Source: an uncultured Clostridia bacterium (lineage in GTDB: Bacteria > Acidobacteriota > Blastocatellia > UBA7656 > JADIYM01). From it: 64,000 nucleotides of DNA. Location: positions 36,316 through 100,315 of the forward strand of contig CAZQBW010000001.1 of NCBI GenBank assembly GCA_964591515.1, given 5' to 3'. Below are positions 1 to 10,038 of this stretch, in pieces. The number at the start of each line of letters is the position of its first letter. Position 1 is the first letter of the stretch. A program made the position numbers and the translations under genes. Under the pieces are notes generated by a model. The model worked only from the letters and a program-made list of their open reading frames with translations. It was not told where the DNA came from and did no database searches.

Positions 1-768
1 CCGGCGCGCATCTTCTACGACCTCGATCCGTGGCAGACACTGCAGGGCCTCGATGCGACGGGCTCCGCCCCATGGCTTCGCGCCGACCAGATCCCGTATT
101 TCGACCTGGTCTTCTCGATTGCCGGCGGTCCGGCCATCGAGCCGTACACATCGCGCTACGGTGCGAAGGAAGCGGTGACGCTCTACGAATCGATCGACAC
201 CGCCACGTTCCATCCGCGTTCGCCGGAGGACGACCTGTCGTGCGACCTCGCGCTCGTCGCCGACCGATATCCGGCGTCGGAGGCGGTCCTCGAGAACTAC
301 CTGCTGGTGGCGGCACGCGCAGTGCCATCGCACCGGTTCATCGTGTTCGGCGACGGCTGGGAAGGCTTCGACTCGTGGCCTGACAACGTCGAGCTGATGC
401 AGGCGGGGAATGCCTCAACGCGAGCCGCCATCTATTCGTCGGCCCGCATCGTGCTCGTCCCTCCAGGCCAGCACCCGATCGATTTCGCGATGCCGTACGA
501 GGTGCTCGAGCCTGCCGCGTGTGGAGCGGCGTGCGCCGTTATCGACCGGCCCGGGCTTTCGGACGTCTTCGAGCCGGGAGTCGAGATCATCGTGCCCGAA
601 AGCGGAGCTGACATCGTTCCGTTCCTTACGCACGTCGGCGACGACCACCTGCACGACTTCGCGACGAACGCGGAGAAACGCGTGCTCAACGATTACGTGA
701 AGCTGCGACAGTCGACGAAGTTCGAACAGCGGGTCGCGCGGAAGTACTACGTTGGCCACAACGGATAA
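1..768 (+). CDS. Glycosyltransferase (GT1/CgeB-like), 5'-truncated by window start
   Basis: Frame continuous from base 1 through the ORF-track 175..768 protein. C-terminal GT-B-like region (IVFGDGWEGF...EPAACGAACAVIDRPG). Motif-level only. Confidence 0.55.
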   Translation, partial: PARIFYDLDPWQTLQGLDATGSAPWLRADQIPYFDLVFSIAGGPAIEPYTSRYGAKEAVTLYESIDTATFHPRSPEDDLSCDLALVADRYPASEAVLENYLLVAARAVPSHRFIVFGDGWEGFDSWPDNVELMQAGNASTRAAIYSSARIVLVPPGQHPIDFAMPYEVLEPAACGAACAVIDRPGLSDVFEPGVEIIVPESGADIVPFLTHVGDDHLHDFATNAEKRVLNDYVKLRQSTKFEQRVARKYYVGHNG

Positions 769-1027
769 GGCCTGCTACCTCGTCACGTGGAAGCCGGATT
801 ACGCGGCCCTGATCGGCGCTCCCGAGGGAAGCGTCGAACGGATCGTCGTGTTCCTCGCGCAGGGCGGGTTCGCGCAGGACGTTACTGACTTCGAGCGGCA
901 GGTGAAGGAGCGGTTCCTGGACGCCGAGTTCGATTACCAGGGCATCGAGCTCGACCGGACGGAAGAAGTCTTCGACACGTATTTCACCCTCGAGGAACCC
1001 GAGCAGGTGATCGATCTCGACGAGTAG
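752..1027 (+). CDS. Small acidic hypothetical protein (91 aa), overlaps the upstream glycosyltransferase stop by 17 nt
   Basis: ORF track. Composition is non-repetitive and protein-like, acidic C-terminus. No recognisable family. Confidence 0.35.
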   Translation: MATTDKACYLVTWKPDYAALIGAPEGSVERIVVFLAQGGFAQDVTDFERQVKERFLDAEFDYQGIELDRTEEVFDTYFTLEEPEQVIDLDE

Positions 1028-1144
1028 GAGCCGAGAGAAGAACATCGCGGATCGGGCGGATTGAGTGGATCAGGCGGATCTGAACTGCAATTCAGGCCGC
1101 CGCTTGATCCGCATCGTCCGCACAATCCGCGATGCACTTCTGCT

Positions 1145-1675
1145 TTACGCCTTCTTGTACTGAGTGAGCTTCTGCTTGAGCTCGCCGACAATCGACGTGA
1201 TGAGCTGGGTCATCCGGGAAATGCTCTCCTCGCCCTTGAGGATGTAGTCGTCGATGTCGATCATCACTCGCTTAGTCGCGAAGACCGAGTTCATCTGGTG
1301 ATCGAGCTTCACGTCGCCGAGCATCGGCATCTTGAAGATGTTCGCCAGATCCGTTCGGTACATCGCCACGAGGTCATCCGGATCGGAAAGGTAGTTCTTC
1401 ACTTCGGCCTGGATCTGGATCGTGGCTTTGGAACCGATCACCGCCTGCTGGATCATCGACCCGCCGGTCTTGCGATCGACGATGATCACAATCGAGTTCA
1501 GGATCGGATCACCAATCGGCTTGAAGTGGATCATCTGTGCGCCGGTATTCGCGTTGAATCCGATTGCAGGAGATTTCAGGCGCGCCATCGCCCGGACGAG
1601 CTCTCCGACGAGGATCTCGTCCTTGCTTTCGCGCATTTCCTGGCCGTGCTTGAACTGGTTGATAAAGGACAGCAT
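1145..1675 (-). CDS. Hypothetical protein (176 aa), cysteine-free, predicted cytoplasmic
   Basis: Clean ORF. Stop 14 bp after the upstream 202-aa ORF on the same strand. No family recognised. Confidence 0.5.
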   Translation of the reverse strand: MLSFINQFKHGQEMRESKDEILVGELVRAMARLKSPAIGFNANTGAQMIHFKPIGDPILNSIVIIVDRKTGGSMIQQAVIGSKATIQIQAEVKNYLSDPDDLVAMYRTDLANIFKMPMLGDVKLDHQMNSVFATKRVMIDIDDYILKGEESISRMTQLITSIVGELKQKLTQYKKA

Positions 1676-1688
1676 TGATCTCCTCCGT

Positions 1689-2297
1689 TCAGGCGCCGAG
1701 CCGGCCGGACAGGTACTTGGACAACGAGTGAACGGTCGCGCCGATGTGCTGTTGCAGCAACGGGTAGTTCACCTCGTAGTTTGACGAGAAATACGTGTCG
1801 AGATCGATGATCAGGGGCACCTGCACGTAGATGTACCCGCTCGCGAGATCCGCGTCGCACGTGATGACGCCCGGTTCGGCGGCGTCGAGGAATCCGCTCT
1901 TGAATTCGGATTTGAGCGCCTGCCAGATGGCGGTCGGATTCTGGACCATCTGACCGTAGCCGATGACGACGCGCGCGAGACGCCCGAGAACCTTGGCGGT
2001 CACGAGGTCCTCGCTCTGGTTCGTCAGCTGGAAGATCAGTCGCGTCTTGGAAGGGAGGTGCTCGAATCGCAGGTAGTGGTTCACACCGTCAGAGTTCAGA
2101 TCGATGAGCGAGTACCCCTGCTCGACGGTCGAGGCAATCACGGCGCCGAGCAGCAGCTCGTCCATGTGGGTGTTGTGCTGGCGCTCGTTGTACTTCTTCC
2201 AACTGAAGTCGACGAGCGAGACGAAGACCTTCTCGAGTTCCTCGGCGGACATCTGGCCTCCTGACAATGGCAAGTAAGGATGGGATTGTGTTGCCAC
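1689..2297 (-). CDS. Hypothetical protein (202 aa), downstream of the aminotransferase
   Basis: Clean ORF, 48-bp gap to the aminotransferase stop. Weak pattern resemblance to the 176-aa neighbour (possible distant paralogs). Confidence 0.5.
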   Translation of the reverse strand: MATQSHPYLPLSGGQMSAEELEKVFVSLVDFSWKKYNERQHNTHMDELLLGAVIASTVEQGYSLIDLNSDGVNHYLRFEHLPSKTRLIFQLTNQSEDLVTAKVLGRLARVVIGYGQMVQNPTAIWQALKSEFKSGFLDAAEPGVITCDADLASGYIYVQVPLIIDLDTYFSSNYEVNYPLLQQHIGATVHSLSKYLSGRLGA

Positions 2298-2344
2298 GGC
2301 GAGCGCCCAGGTTTCCGGGGCGCCCGCCGTAAGGCGTCAGCGAT

Positions 2345-3496
2345 TCAGGCGAGGGCCCGTTCGATTCGGGCAAGCGCTCCGTCGAGCAAACCGTCTCCTC
2401 GGGCTATACAGAGCCGCATCCACTGGTTCCAGGTCGGGTCATCAGCGAAAGCGCTTCCAGGAACGCCCGCAACGCCTTCACGCTCGAGTAGTTGTGCATT
2501 GAGCTGCATCGCATCGCCGAACCCCTGGGGAATTCGGACCCAGAGGTAGAAGGACGATGCGGAGGGATAGACACGGAAGCCCAAGCGCTCGAGGGATGCG
2601 GTGGCGCGTTCCCGTTTCGCCCGAAATTCCTCGCGTTGGGCGTCGTAGTACGACGGCTCGGCCATCAACACCTTGGACAGCGCGTGCTGAAGCGGTGTCG
2701 GCGCACAGACGTAGAACACGTTGCCAGGTCCGTGCAATCGGCTGACGAGCGGACCGTAGCCGACCGCGAAGCCGAGCCGCCAGCCCGAGATTCGCCACGA
2801 CTTGGAGAACGAGTTGCACGTGACCGTGCGTTCGAACATTCCGGGCAAAGTTGCTATTGAGAGGTGGTCGCCGGGGTTCACCACGAAATGTTCGTAGACC
2901 TCGTCGCTGATGCAGATCAAGTCGAGCTCCTGGCAGACGCTCGCGACGAGGTCCAGTTCGGCGCGCGTCATCGACTTGCCGGTCGGATTCGATGGCGAGC
3001 AGACGACAATGGCCTTCAACGGATAATCCGGACGGCGCGCGGCGGTTCTACAACGGGCCCGCAGCTCCTCCGGATCGATCTCGAGCTGGTCACCGCGAAG
3101 CGGAAAGATCTCGGCGCGAGCTCCGGCGGACTCGAGAATTCGCTGGTGATAGGGGTAGTAGGGCTCGAAGAGGAGGGCCGACGCGCCCTTCAGGAATGCG
3201 TTGGCCGCCGAGACAAGAGCGCCCGTGGCGCCAGGCGTGATCATGACCTCTACCGGAGATGCAGTAGGGTCGACCGTAATGCCGTTGTGCTCGAGCACTT
3301 TTTGGGCGAGGACCTTCCGGAGCTCCGGGATACCTTCGAAGAACGTGTAGTGATTGTGTCCTTCGGCGATGGCGTCGGCGGCCGCACGAGCGAGCGCCGG
3401 CGGAAGCGGCAACTCGGACTGGCCCTGTACCAGGTTGCCTTCGGGGGCAACGAGGCGGGCAATCATCCGGATGTCGGGCTTGGCTGGAGCGGTCAT
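2345..3496 (-). CDS. PLP-dependent aminotransferase, class I/II fold
   Basis: Motifs SNPTGKSMT, NSFSKSWRISGWRLGFAVG (PLP-lysine region), 383 aa. Confidence 0.85.
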   Translation of the reverse strand: MTAPAKPDIRMIARLVAPEGNLVQGQSELPLPPALARAAADAIAEGHNHYTFFEGIPELRKVLAQKVLEHNGITVDPTASPVEVMITPGATGALVSAANAFLKGASALLFEPYYPYHQRILESAGARAEIFPLRGDQLEIDPEELRARCRTAARRPDYPLKAIVVCSPSNPTGKSMTRAELDLVASVCQELDLICISDEVYEHFVVNPGDHLSIATLPGMFERTVTCNSFSKSWRISGWRLGFAVGYGPLVSRLHGPGNVFYVCAPTPLQHALSKVLMAEPSYYDAQREEFRAKRERATASLERLGFRVYPSASSFYLWVRIPQGFGDAMQLNAQLLEREGVAGVPGSAFADDPTWNQWMRLCIARGDGLLDGALARIERALA

Positions 3497-3765
3497 TTGA
3501 AGGTCCTCCAGAGGTCAGTATTGCAGGACCGGCAGTCTACCAGAGGGATCCGGCGGGGCGCGAGAGAGCGCGGTGAAGTGATTGCTGAAAAAGAACTTAT
3601 CGGCAATTTCGGCGCACCTTCCCTTTAGTGCGCGGTAACGAATGGTCTGTTGCGTTTGGGGCGCAGACTCCTAGCGCCCAGGCGCCTCTGCGATTCCGGT
3701 TTCTCGCAGCGGCGCCTGGGCGCTAGGTCACCCTTGTCGTGACGACAGGCTCATTCCGACGCGGT

Positions 3766-6675
3766 CTATGCGCCGTTCCAGTTCCCCCGCACTGGCAGGA
3801 CTCCCGACGTCGGTCCGTAAGAAAAGGCGTAATCCGCCGGGCCGTTGGTGTTGCCATTGCGAAGGAAGAACGTACCTGTAGACGGCACGTAGAGTCCGAC
3901 CGAATCGACCGCGTCGGCGTTCCAGTCACCGGCAATCGGAGTCCACGCCATCCCCCCGGGACCGAACGTGAACACGATGTCAGCAGGGCCCGGGGTCGCC
4001 GTGTTCCTGAGGAAGAAGGCTCCGCTCGACGCGATGTAGATTCCGATGGAGTCCTCTCCGTCGCCGTTCCAGTCGCCGGCCAGTGGCATGGCTCCTGCCG
4101 GTCCGAACGTGAAGACGAGGTCGGCGCCGCCCGGCAAATTGAGATTTCGTAGAAAGAACGTGCCGGTTGCCGGTGAGTAGATTCCTACCGTGTCGCGACC
4201 GTCGTTGTCCCAGTCGCCGACGATCGGCACGAATCCCGCGTTTCCGGGACCGAACGAGAAGACGATGTCGGCAGGGCCGGGTGTGGACGTGTTCCGCAGG
4301 AAGAACGTGCCGGTCGTCGGGGCGTAGAAGCCCGGCGTGTCGTAGCCGTCGCCATCCCAGTCGCCGGCGAGCGGAGTCCATCCCGAGCCACCCGGACCGT
4401 ATCCGAACACCAGGTCCGCACCGCCGCCACTGTGCGCATTGCGGAGGAAGAACGCCGAAGTCGATGGCGCATACACGCCGACCGTATCGCCGACGGTCCC
4501 TCCAGCCGAATTGTCGCGCCACCAGCGCACGAGATCGCGGAAGGCCTGCGGCGGGTTCGTCGGAGCGGGCTGCCCGAGCACCGTGTCGGTCGAGTTGATG
4601 CCGTGGCAGTTGGCACACGACCGGATCTCGCCCGAGGCGAAAGTCACCCAGTAGCGCTCGCGGATGACCGGTACGCCCGCCGGCGTCGTCAGCTGCCACG
4701 ACAGCGCCCGGCGGGCAGGCACGATCGCGGCCATGCTGCCGTCGAGGCCAAGCTGCGTGCTGCCGGGTGGAGCTCCGATCAGCGCCGGATTCCGGCCCTC
4801 ATGCATGACTTGCGCGATTGGTCTGCGGCCGCCTTCGTTGATGACCGTGTAACCGCGAACGAGGTCTCCCTGGTAGAACTGCGCATAGAGCATGTCCGTC
4901 AGCGTCGAGCCCGGAAGCGCAGTCTGGACACCTCCACCGGCGATCCGCAGATTGAATGGCTGCTGCCGGTCCGCGCGCCGTGTCACGTTTCGCGAAGTGA
5001 TGAGCGCGACGTTGTGAGACGTGAGCCAGGACTTCAGCCGGTCGACTCCGGGCTGTCCGCCGAGCTCGTCGAGGAGGATCTGGTTTTCGATGGACGGAAG
5101 GGGATTCTGGTGAGTTGACGGCCGCGTCCGCGAACGGACTTCAACCGGATCGAGCTCCCACAGCGGGCCACTGTAGTTGAGCTGCGAGTAGGAGTAGTTG
5201 TCCCAGTAACTGATCGTCTTCGAGATGGGTGTCGCGAGCAGCCGGGTTCCCGGCGTGAAGTAGGGAGATCCAGGCGTCAGCCTGACGAGATGAAAGTCGT
5301 AAATCGACGACAGCGGCGATCCGGTCTGGTTGTCGTCGTATGCGGCTGTCGTCCGGACAGCGATCAGGGTTCCATCCGACAACGGTGTCGGATTCCGGAA
5401 GTGTCCGGCGTAGTTCGGTGGCGGCGTCTGGCCGTCCGGAATCGGATTGGCGGTATTCGGATCCGTTATGTAGTCGAACTGCATGTTGTCGGGGTTGACC
5501 GACTCGCCACCCGAGATCGCGACGATCTGTCCCGCAGCGTGCGTGCCGAACTCAGGAGCGCGCGTCGCGTAGAACCTGCCCGGAACGAGCGGATCTTCCT
5601 TGTAGTGGAAGGTATTAGTCGCGGTGCGCCGGTTCTGCGGAGCAATGAATTCCGGAAGGTCGTCGTTCGAAGAGTCGAAATAGCTGAGCAGCTCGTGGCG
5701 CCCGACGTGGTTGAGCGTCTCGAGAGCAGTTCCGTCCTCGTTGACCTGCCACGGAAAGAACTGGTTGATCGTGTGTCCGTGGTTGTACTCCGAGGCGGGC
5801 ATGACGCGCAGCTCCGGGTAGATCTCTGCAGTGCTGCCGGTGTTGAGTGCAGAAGACTCAGACGCATAATTGAACGCGCCGTAGTCGTTCGTGCCCTCGT
5901 CGTTCTGCTGGTCGCGCTGCAGGTGATCCCATCGCGTGAAGATGACGCGACCGTCGCTTGCGATGATCGGCGTGAACGAGCCCGAGATGGAGTGATCGAG
6001 CAGCTTGAGGTCCGAGCCGTCCGGATTCATCGACCAGATGCCGGTGTTGGTCGGCTGCGATTCGTATTCGTCGAGTTGCGGATAGCTCGACCGCTTGCCG
6101 TTTCGCGGCCGATCGGATGTGAACAGGATCCGGTCGTCGGTCCCGTAGATCGGCGAGACATTGTTGTAGTTGTCGGGCTGGGCGATCTTGCGGAACTGGA
6201 CCGTCTGTCCCTGACCTATACCGGTCACTTCATAGATCTGCCAGTAGACGGGCGTCAGCACGTCCTTCGTAGTGCCGCCTATCACCATGGAGACCAGCGC
6301 CTTGGTGCCGTCCCAATGGATGGACGGCTCGCGCACCGCAATGTCCTGCAGGGGAGTCGTACCGAAACCGGCCTGCTGCGTCAGGTTTCGCAGCGTGCCA
6401 TCCATGTAGCGGATCCAGAGATCTCCGCCACGGGGCGTCGAACCGGTGTTGGCCTCGTGGTTGCCGAATGTGGCGTTCGTGCTCGTGAAGTCGGCGCCGA
6501 ATGGCGCCTGGGTGCAGAACATCACGGCCGGCGTCATCATCGTTTCGGCAGAGCTTCGTGCTGCCGGAAGTGCGACGACCGAAAGAGTCGCGAGCAATGC
6601 TGCAGAGACGAGCTTCGCGACAGAATTCAGGCGCGCTCGCCGGGGCGACGGGTGAAAGCGCATGGCGTGCTCCAT
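3766..6675 (-). CDS. Secreted multidomain protein: TolB/PD40-like beta-propeller N-terminal region, single CxxCH heme motif (CANCH), C-terminal array of about six 44-aa FG-GAP-like repeats
   Basis: N-terminal signal peptide (KLVSAALLATLSVVALPA). Repeats of type TGTFFLRN..PG.ADIVF.FGPG...P.GDWDGDG.DT.GIY. Motif SCANCHG. Confidence 0.75.
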   Translation of the reverse strand: MEHAMRFHPSPRRARLNSVAKLVSAALLATLSVVALPAARSSAETMMTPAVMFCTQAPFGADFTSTNATFGNHEANTGSTPRGGDLWIRYMDGTLRNLTQQAGFGTTPLQDIAVREPSIHWDGTKALVSMVIGGTTKDVLTPVYWQIYEVTGIGQGQTVQFRKIAQPDNYNNVSPIYGTDDRILFTSDRPRNGKRSSYPQLDEYESQPTNTGIWSMNPDGSDLKLLDHSISGSFTPIIASDGRVIFTRWDHLQRDQQNDEGTNDYGAFNYASESSALNTGSTAEIYPELRVMPASEYNHGHTINQFFPWQVNEDGTALETLNHVGRHELLSYFDSSNDDLPEFIAPQNRRTATNTFHYKEDPLVPGRFYATRAPEFGTHAAGQIVAISGGESVNPDNMQFDYITDPNTANPIPDGQTPPPNYAGHFRNPTPLSDGTLIAVRTTAAYDDNQTGSPLSSIYDFHLVRLTPGSPYFTPGTRLLATPISKTISYWDNYSYSQLNYSGPLWELDPVEVRSRTRPSTHQNPLPSIENQILLDELGGQPGVDRLKSWLTSHNVALITSRNVTRRADRQQPFNLRIAGGGVQTALPGSTLTDMLYAQFYQGDLVRGYTVINEGGRRPIAQVMHEGRNPALIGAPPGSTQLGLDGSMAAIVPARRALSWQLTTPAGVPVIRERYWVTFASGEIRSCANCHGINSTDTVLGQPAPTNPPQAFRDLVRWWRDNSAGGTVGDTVGVYAPSTSAFFLRNAHSGGGADLVFGYGPGGSGWTPLAGDWDGDGYDTPGFYAPTTGTFFLRNTSTPGPADIVFSFGPGNAGFVPIVGDWDNDGRDTVGIYSPATGTFFLRNLNLPGGADLVFTFGPAGAMPLAGDWNGDGEDSIGIYIASSGAFFLRNTATPGPADIVFTFGPGGMAWTPIAGDWNADAVDSVGLYVPSTGTFFLRNGNTNGPADYAFSYGPTSGVLPVRGNWNGA

Positions 6676-6797
6676 TCCGGGGGCGGACGGAAAGAAGTTG
6701 ATGTGGGTTCCGCGTTAGCGGGGGACCGAACTTCGCGATTGTCGGCCATGACCTACGGATCGTCAACACGGGGGGAGGGATTGAAGTTGGAGATGCC

Positions 6798-6900
6798 GGC
6801 GTTGCCGTACAGAGAACACAGAGGCACGGAGAGCACAGAGAAATCTGTTCATCAGGACTCTGTGTTCCCCGTGCCTCTGTGCTCTCTGTACGGCAACGCC
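6798..6900. repeat. CACAGAG-family palindromic intergenic element (about 103 bp, 32-bp arms with 31/32 complementarity)
   Basis: ggcgttgccgtacagagaacacagaggcacgg ... ccgtgcctctgtgctctctgtacggcaacgcc, read directly in sequence. Sits in a divergent promoter region. Confidence 0.6.
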
Positions 6901-6998
6901 TCCTCAGTCTCAGTCGGCGAGACACTCGACTTGAGGTTCCGGCGTCGCAACCATAGAATTGCCCCACCTCCCATTACTTCGAAGCCAGAGGGTTACCA

Positions 6999-9125
6999 AT
7001 GATCCGGATCCACCGTTCGTTGCCGTCCGCCGTCCTGCTGTGCCTCCTGCTCGCCAACGTCGTGTTCGGGTCTTCGGCGCTCGTTCGAAAGGACCAGCAG
7101 TCGGCCCCGGCGCTCGCCGTCGTCACGATCGACAAGATCGGGTACGAGCGTTGGTCCGCGTTGACGTCGAGCCCGGCTCTCGCGTGGTGGGTCGAGGTCG
7201 ACACGCACCTGCTTGTTGCAGGCGATCGGGCGGCGCTGTCAGCGCTTCTCGGCGGTCGCTTCGTTTTCCGATTCCTCGACGGCAGTCCGTCGACGGAGGG
7301 TCTCTACTTCACGAATCGATTCCCGGCGAACGAGATCGAGTCAGTTGGCGCGACCATCCTCGTCTCGGATGGCGGATCCAGCGTCATCCGGGCCACCCCT
7401 ACGCAAGTTGCCTCGCTCGAGGATCTCCACGCGGGCGACGACGAGGACGGCTGCCGCGGGCATGCGACGATCCGGCCATTCCAGCCGAACATGCAGCTCT
7501 CGCATCAGGCAGCCAACAGCAACGTTCCGACCTCGGCCCAGTTCAATGCGGCTATTCAGGGGCTCGTGGATCAGGTCAATGGATCGCGCTGGTTCGCTGA
7601 CGATCAGTCGCTCGCGACTTTCAACCGATGGACGCGTGGCGGGTCGATCATCAACGCACGGGAATGGCTCATCACGCAATTCCAGTCGATGCCTGGCCTG
7701 ACGGTCACGACGCAGTCGTTCACCGTACCGGCGAGCGGAGGAAATCCCGCCGTGACGGCCTACAACGTCATTGCGACGTTGCCCGGCACGACGCGCCCCA
7801 ACGACTGGTACATCGTCGGTGCGCACTATGACGCGATCTCCAACGACGATGGACACGCCACGGCAAGGGGAGCGGAAGACAACGGTTCGGGCTCTACCGG
7901 AGTTCTCGAGCTTGCCCGCATCTTCACCGCAAACCCTCCCGACGCCACGATGAAGTTCATCTGTTATGCGGGGGAGGAGCAGGGTCTGTACGGCTCGATC
8001 GCGCACGCCCAGTCGCTGGTGACATCGGGCGACAACGCGAAAGTCCGCGGGATGTTCAACCTCGACATGATCGGGTACACCGGCGACACGGACCTGGACT
8101 GCCGGCTTGAAACGCGGGCAATCGGACAGGGCCTGATGGATGCTTGCTCGGCCGCGGCGGCGCAGTACACGACGCTGCGAATCGTCACGTCTCTGAACCC
8201 ATGCTGTTCTGATCACCAGCCTTACCTGGACCGTTCGATGCCGGCAATTCTCGCCATCGAGAACGACTATGGAACGTATCCCGGCTATCACCAGTCTTCG
8301 GATCTATCGAACAACCTGACGATCGAAATGGCCGTGCAGATCCTCAAGATGTACGTGGCGACGATCGCGCAAATGGTCGGCACGAGTCCCGCCGGTCTCG
8401 GCCTCGAGACAGCAGGCGTCTATTCCCAATCAACGGGCACATTTTTCCTCAGGAACTCTAATTCGCCGGGCGGCGCCGACGCTGCCTTCCAGTTCGGTGC
8501 GGCTGCTGCTGGCTTCACGCCGCTGGCAGGCGACTGGAACGGTGATGGCGTCGACACGATTGGCCTCTACCGTGGAAACACGTCGACGTTCTTCCTTAGG
8601 AACTCGAACACGCCCGGAGCTGCCGACGTGGTTGTCTCGTTCGGCGCCGGTGGTGCCGGGTACCTGCCGCTCGTCGGCGACTGGGACGGCAACGGCACTG
8701 ACACCGTCGGGTTGTATCAGCCCTCAACCGGAGCGTTCTTCCTTCGCAACTCGAACACTCCGGGTGGCGCCGACGTCGTCTTCACATACGGACCCGCGAA
8801 CGCGACGCCGGTCGTCGGAGACTGGGACGGCAGCGGTACCACCACGATCGGGATCTTCATTGGTTCGACCTCGACCTGGTTCCTCCGCAACTCGAATACG
8901 CCGGGCGGTGCCGACATCGTGTTCGGGTACGGACCTGCCGGTTCTGGCTGGCTTCCGGTTGTCGGAGACTGGAACAACGACAACGCCCAGACTGTCGGAC
9001 TTTATGATCCGGTCGGTGGCAACTGGTTCCTCCGAGACTCGAACAGCGCGGGGCCAGGCACGAACGTCTTCGGATACGGTCCGACGGGCCTGATCCCGGT
9101 TCGCGGCGACTGGGACGGGCTGTAA
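6999..9125 (+). CDS. Secreted M28-family Zn aminopeptidase with C-terminal array of six 44-aa FG-GAP-like repeats
   Basis: Signal peptide. M28 motifs (HYDAISNDDGHATARGAEDNGSGSTGVLELARIF, CYAGEEQGLYGS, FNLDMIGY). C-terminal repeats FFLRNSNTPGGADVVF.YGP...GDWDGDG.DT.GLY, same type as in 3766..6675. Confidence 0.8.
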   Translation: MIRIHRSLPSAVLLCLLLANVVFGSSALVRKDQQSAPALAVVTIDKIGYERWSALTSSPALAWWVEVDTHLLVAGDRAALSALLGGRFVFRFLDGSPSTEGLYFTNRFPANEIESVGATILVSDGGSSVIRATPTQVASLEDLHAGDDEDGCRGHATIRPFQPNMQLSHQAANSNVPTSAQFNAAIQGLVDQVNGSRWFADDQSLATFNRWTRGGSIINAREWLITQFQSMPGLTVTTQSFTVPASGGNPAVTAYNVIATLPGTTRPNDWYIVGAHYDAISNDDGHATARGAEDNGSGSTGVLELARIFTANPPDATMKFICYAGEEQGLYGSIAHAQSLVTSGDNAKVRGMFNLDMIGYTGDTDLDCRLETRAIGQGLMDACSAAAAQYTTLRIVTSLNPCCSDHQPYLDRSMPAILAIENDYGTYPGYHQSSDLSNNLTIEMAVQILKMYVATIAQMVGTSPAGLGLETAGVYSQSTGTFFLRNSNSPGGADAAFQFGAAAAGFTPLAGDWNGDGVDTIGLYRGNTSTFFLRNSNTPGAADVVVSFGAGGAGYLPLVGDWDGNGTDTVGLYQPSTGAFFLRNSNTPGGADVVFTYGPANATPVVGDWDGSGTTTIGIFIGSTSTWFLRNSNTPGGADIVFGYGPAGSGWLPVVGDWNNDNAQTVGLYDPVGGNWFLRDSNSAGPGTNVFGYGPTGLIPVRGDWDGL

Positions 9126-9128
9126 TCC

Positions 9129-9998
9129 GTGAATCGGAGGGCGTTTGTAGCCGCGACAATAGCGGTGTCAGGCGCCCTCCTGCTTTCCGCTTGCACGAAC
9201 CCTGCTCCGACGTCTCCCGCGAGCCGCCACGAACTGACCGGACGTATCGTATCGATCGACGCGTCGTCCGGTCGTGTCACCGTCGCGCACAGGGCAATTC
9301 CGGGGTTCATGGATGCAATGACGATGGAGATGGCCGTCGAACCTCCGTCGTCGGTGGCGACGCTAATTCCCGGCGACAGGATTCGCGCGACTCTCGTCAT
9401 CGACGACGAAAAGACCTGGATCGAGAACGTCGAAAGGCTTGAAGGCGAGGCCGCCGGGTTCGACGTCGATGACGCCAGGGATCCCGATCTCGGCGCACCG
9501 GTCCCGCCATTCGAGCTCACTGATCAGAACGGTCAGCGATTCGGCTGGGAGCGGTTCCGAGGCCAGGCCGTGCTCGTGTCGTTCATCTACACTCGATGCC
9601 CGCTTCCGGATTACTGCGCCCGTATGACGGCGAACTTCGACGAGATCGCGCGCACGCTCGAATCCCGGCCGTCCGGTCGCCGGACCAGGTGGGCACTTCT
9701 GAGCATATCGATCGACCCGGATCACGACTCGCCGGCCGTGCTTCGGGACTACGCAGCGCTTCAGGCGCCGACCGCCGGCAACTTCGAGCGGTGGACCTTC
9801 GCGACTGGCTCTCCGGACGAGGTCAGAGCCGTTGCCCGGTTCTTCGGCCTGTCTTATGAAACCCAGTCCGGACAGATCGTCCACTCGCTGCGGACTGTTC
9901 TGGTCGGTCCTGACGGGCGGGTCGCGAAGCTCTTCCGCGGGAATACCTGGACGACCGACGAGGCAATCCGGGCTCTCGAGTCTGCTGACGCACGCTGA
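9129..9998 (+). CDS. SCO1/SenC-family lipoprotein (thioredoxin-like CxxxC copper chaperone) with N-terminal metal-binding-like extension
   Basis: Lipobox LLSAC. SCO1 motif FIYTRCPLPDYC with downstream His. Confidence 0.7.
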   Translation: MNRRAFVAATIAVSGALLLSACTNPAPTSPASRHELTGRIVSIDASSGRVTVAHRAIPGFMDAMTMEMAVEPPSSVATLIPGDRIRATLVIDDEKTWIENVERLEGEAAGFDVDDARDPDLGAPVPPFELTDQNGQRFGWERFRGQAVLVSFIYTRCPLPDYCARMTANFDEIARTLESRPSGRRTRWALLSISIDPDHDSPAVLRDYAALQAPTAGNFERWTFATGSPDEVRAVARFFGLSYETQSGQIVHSLRTVLVGPDGRVAKLFRGNTWTTDEAIRALESADAR

Positions 9999-10038
9999 CG
10001 ATCACACCTCGGTGATCGCCAGCGTTCATCCGTTGACG

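Noticed and set aside
5290-7002. 570-aa plus-strand ORF opposite the TolB-like propeller gene
   Set aside because: Arg/Val-rich low-complexity translation typical of antisense frames in high-GC DNA. The minus-strand ORF has a signal peptide and coherent domains.
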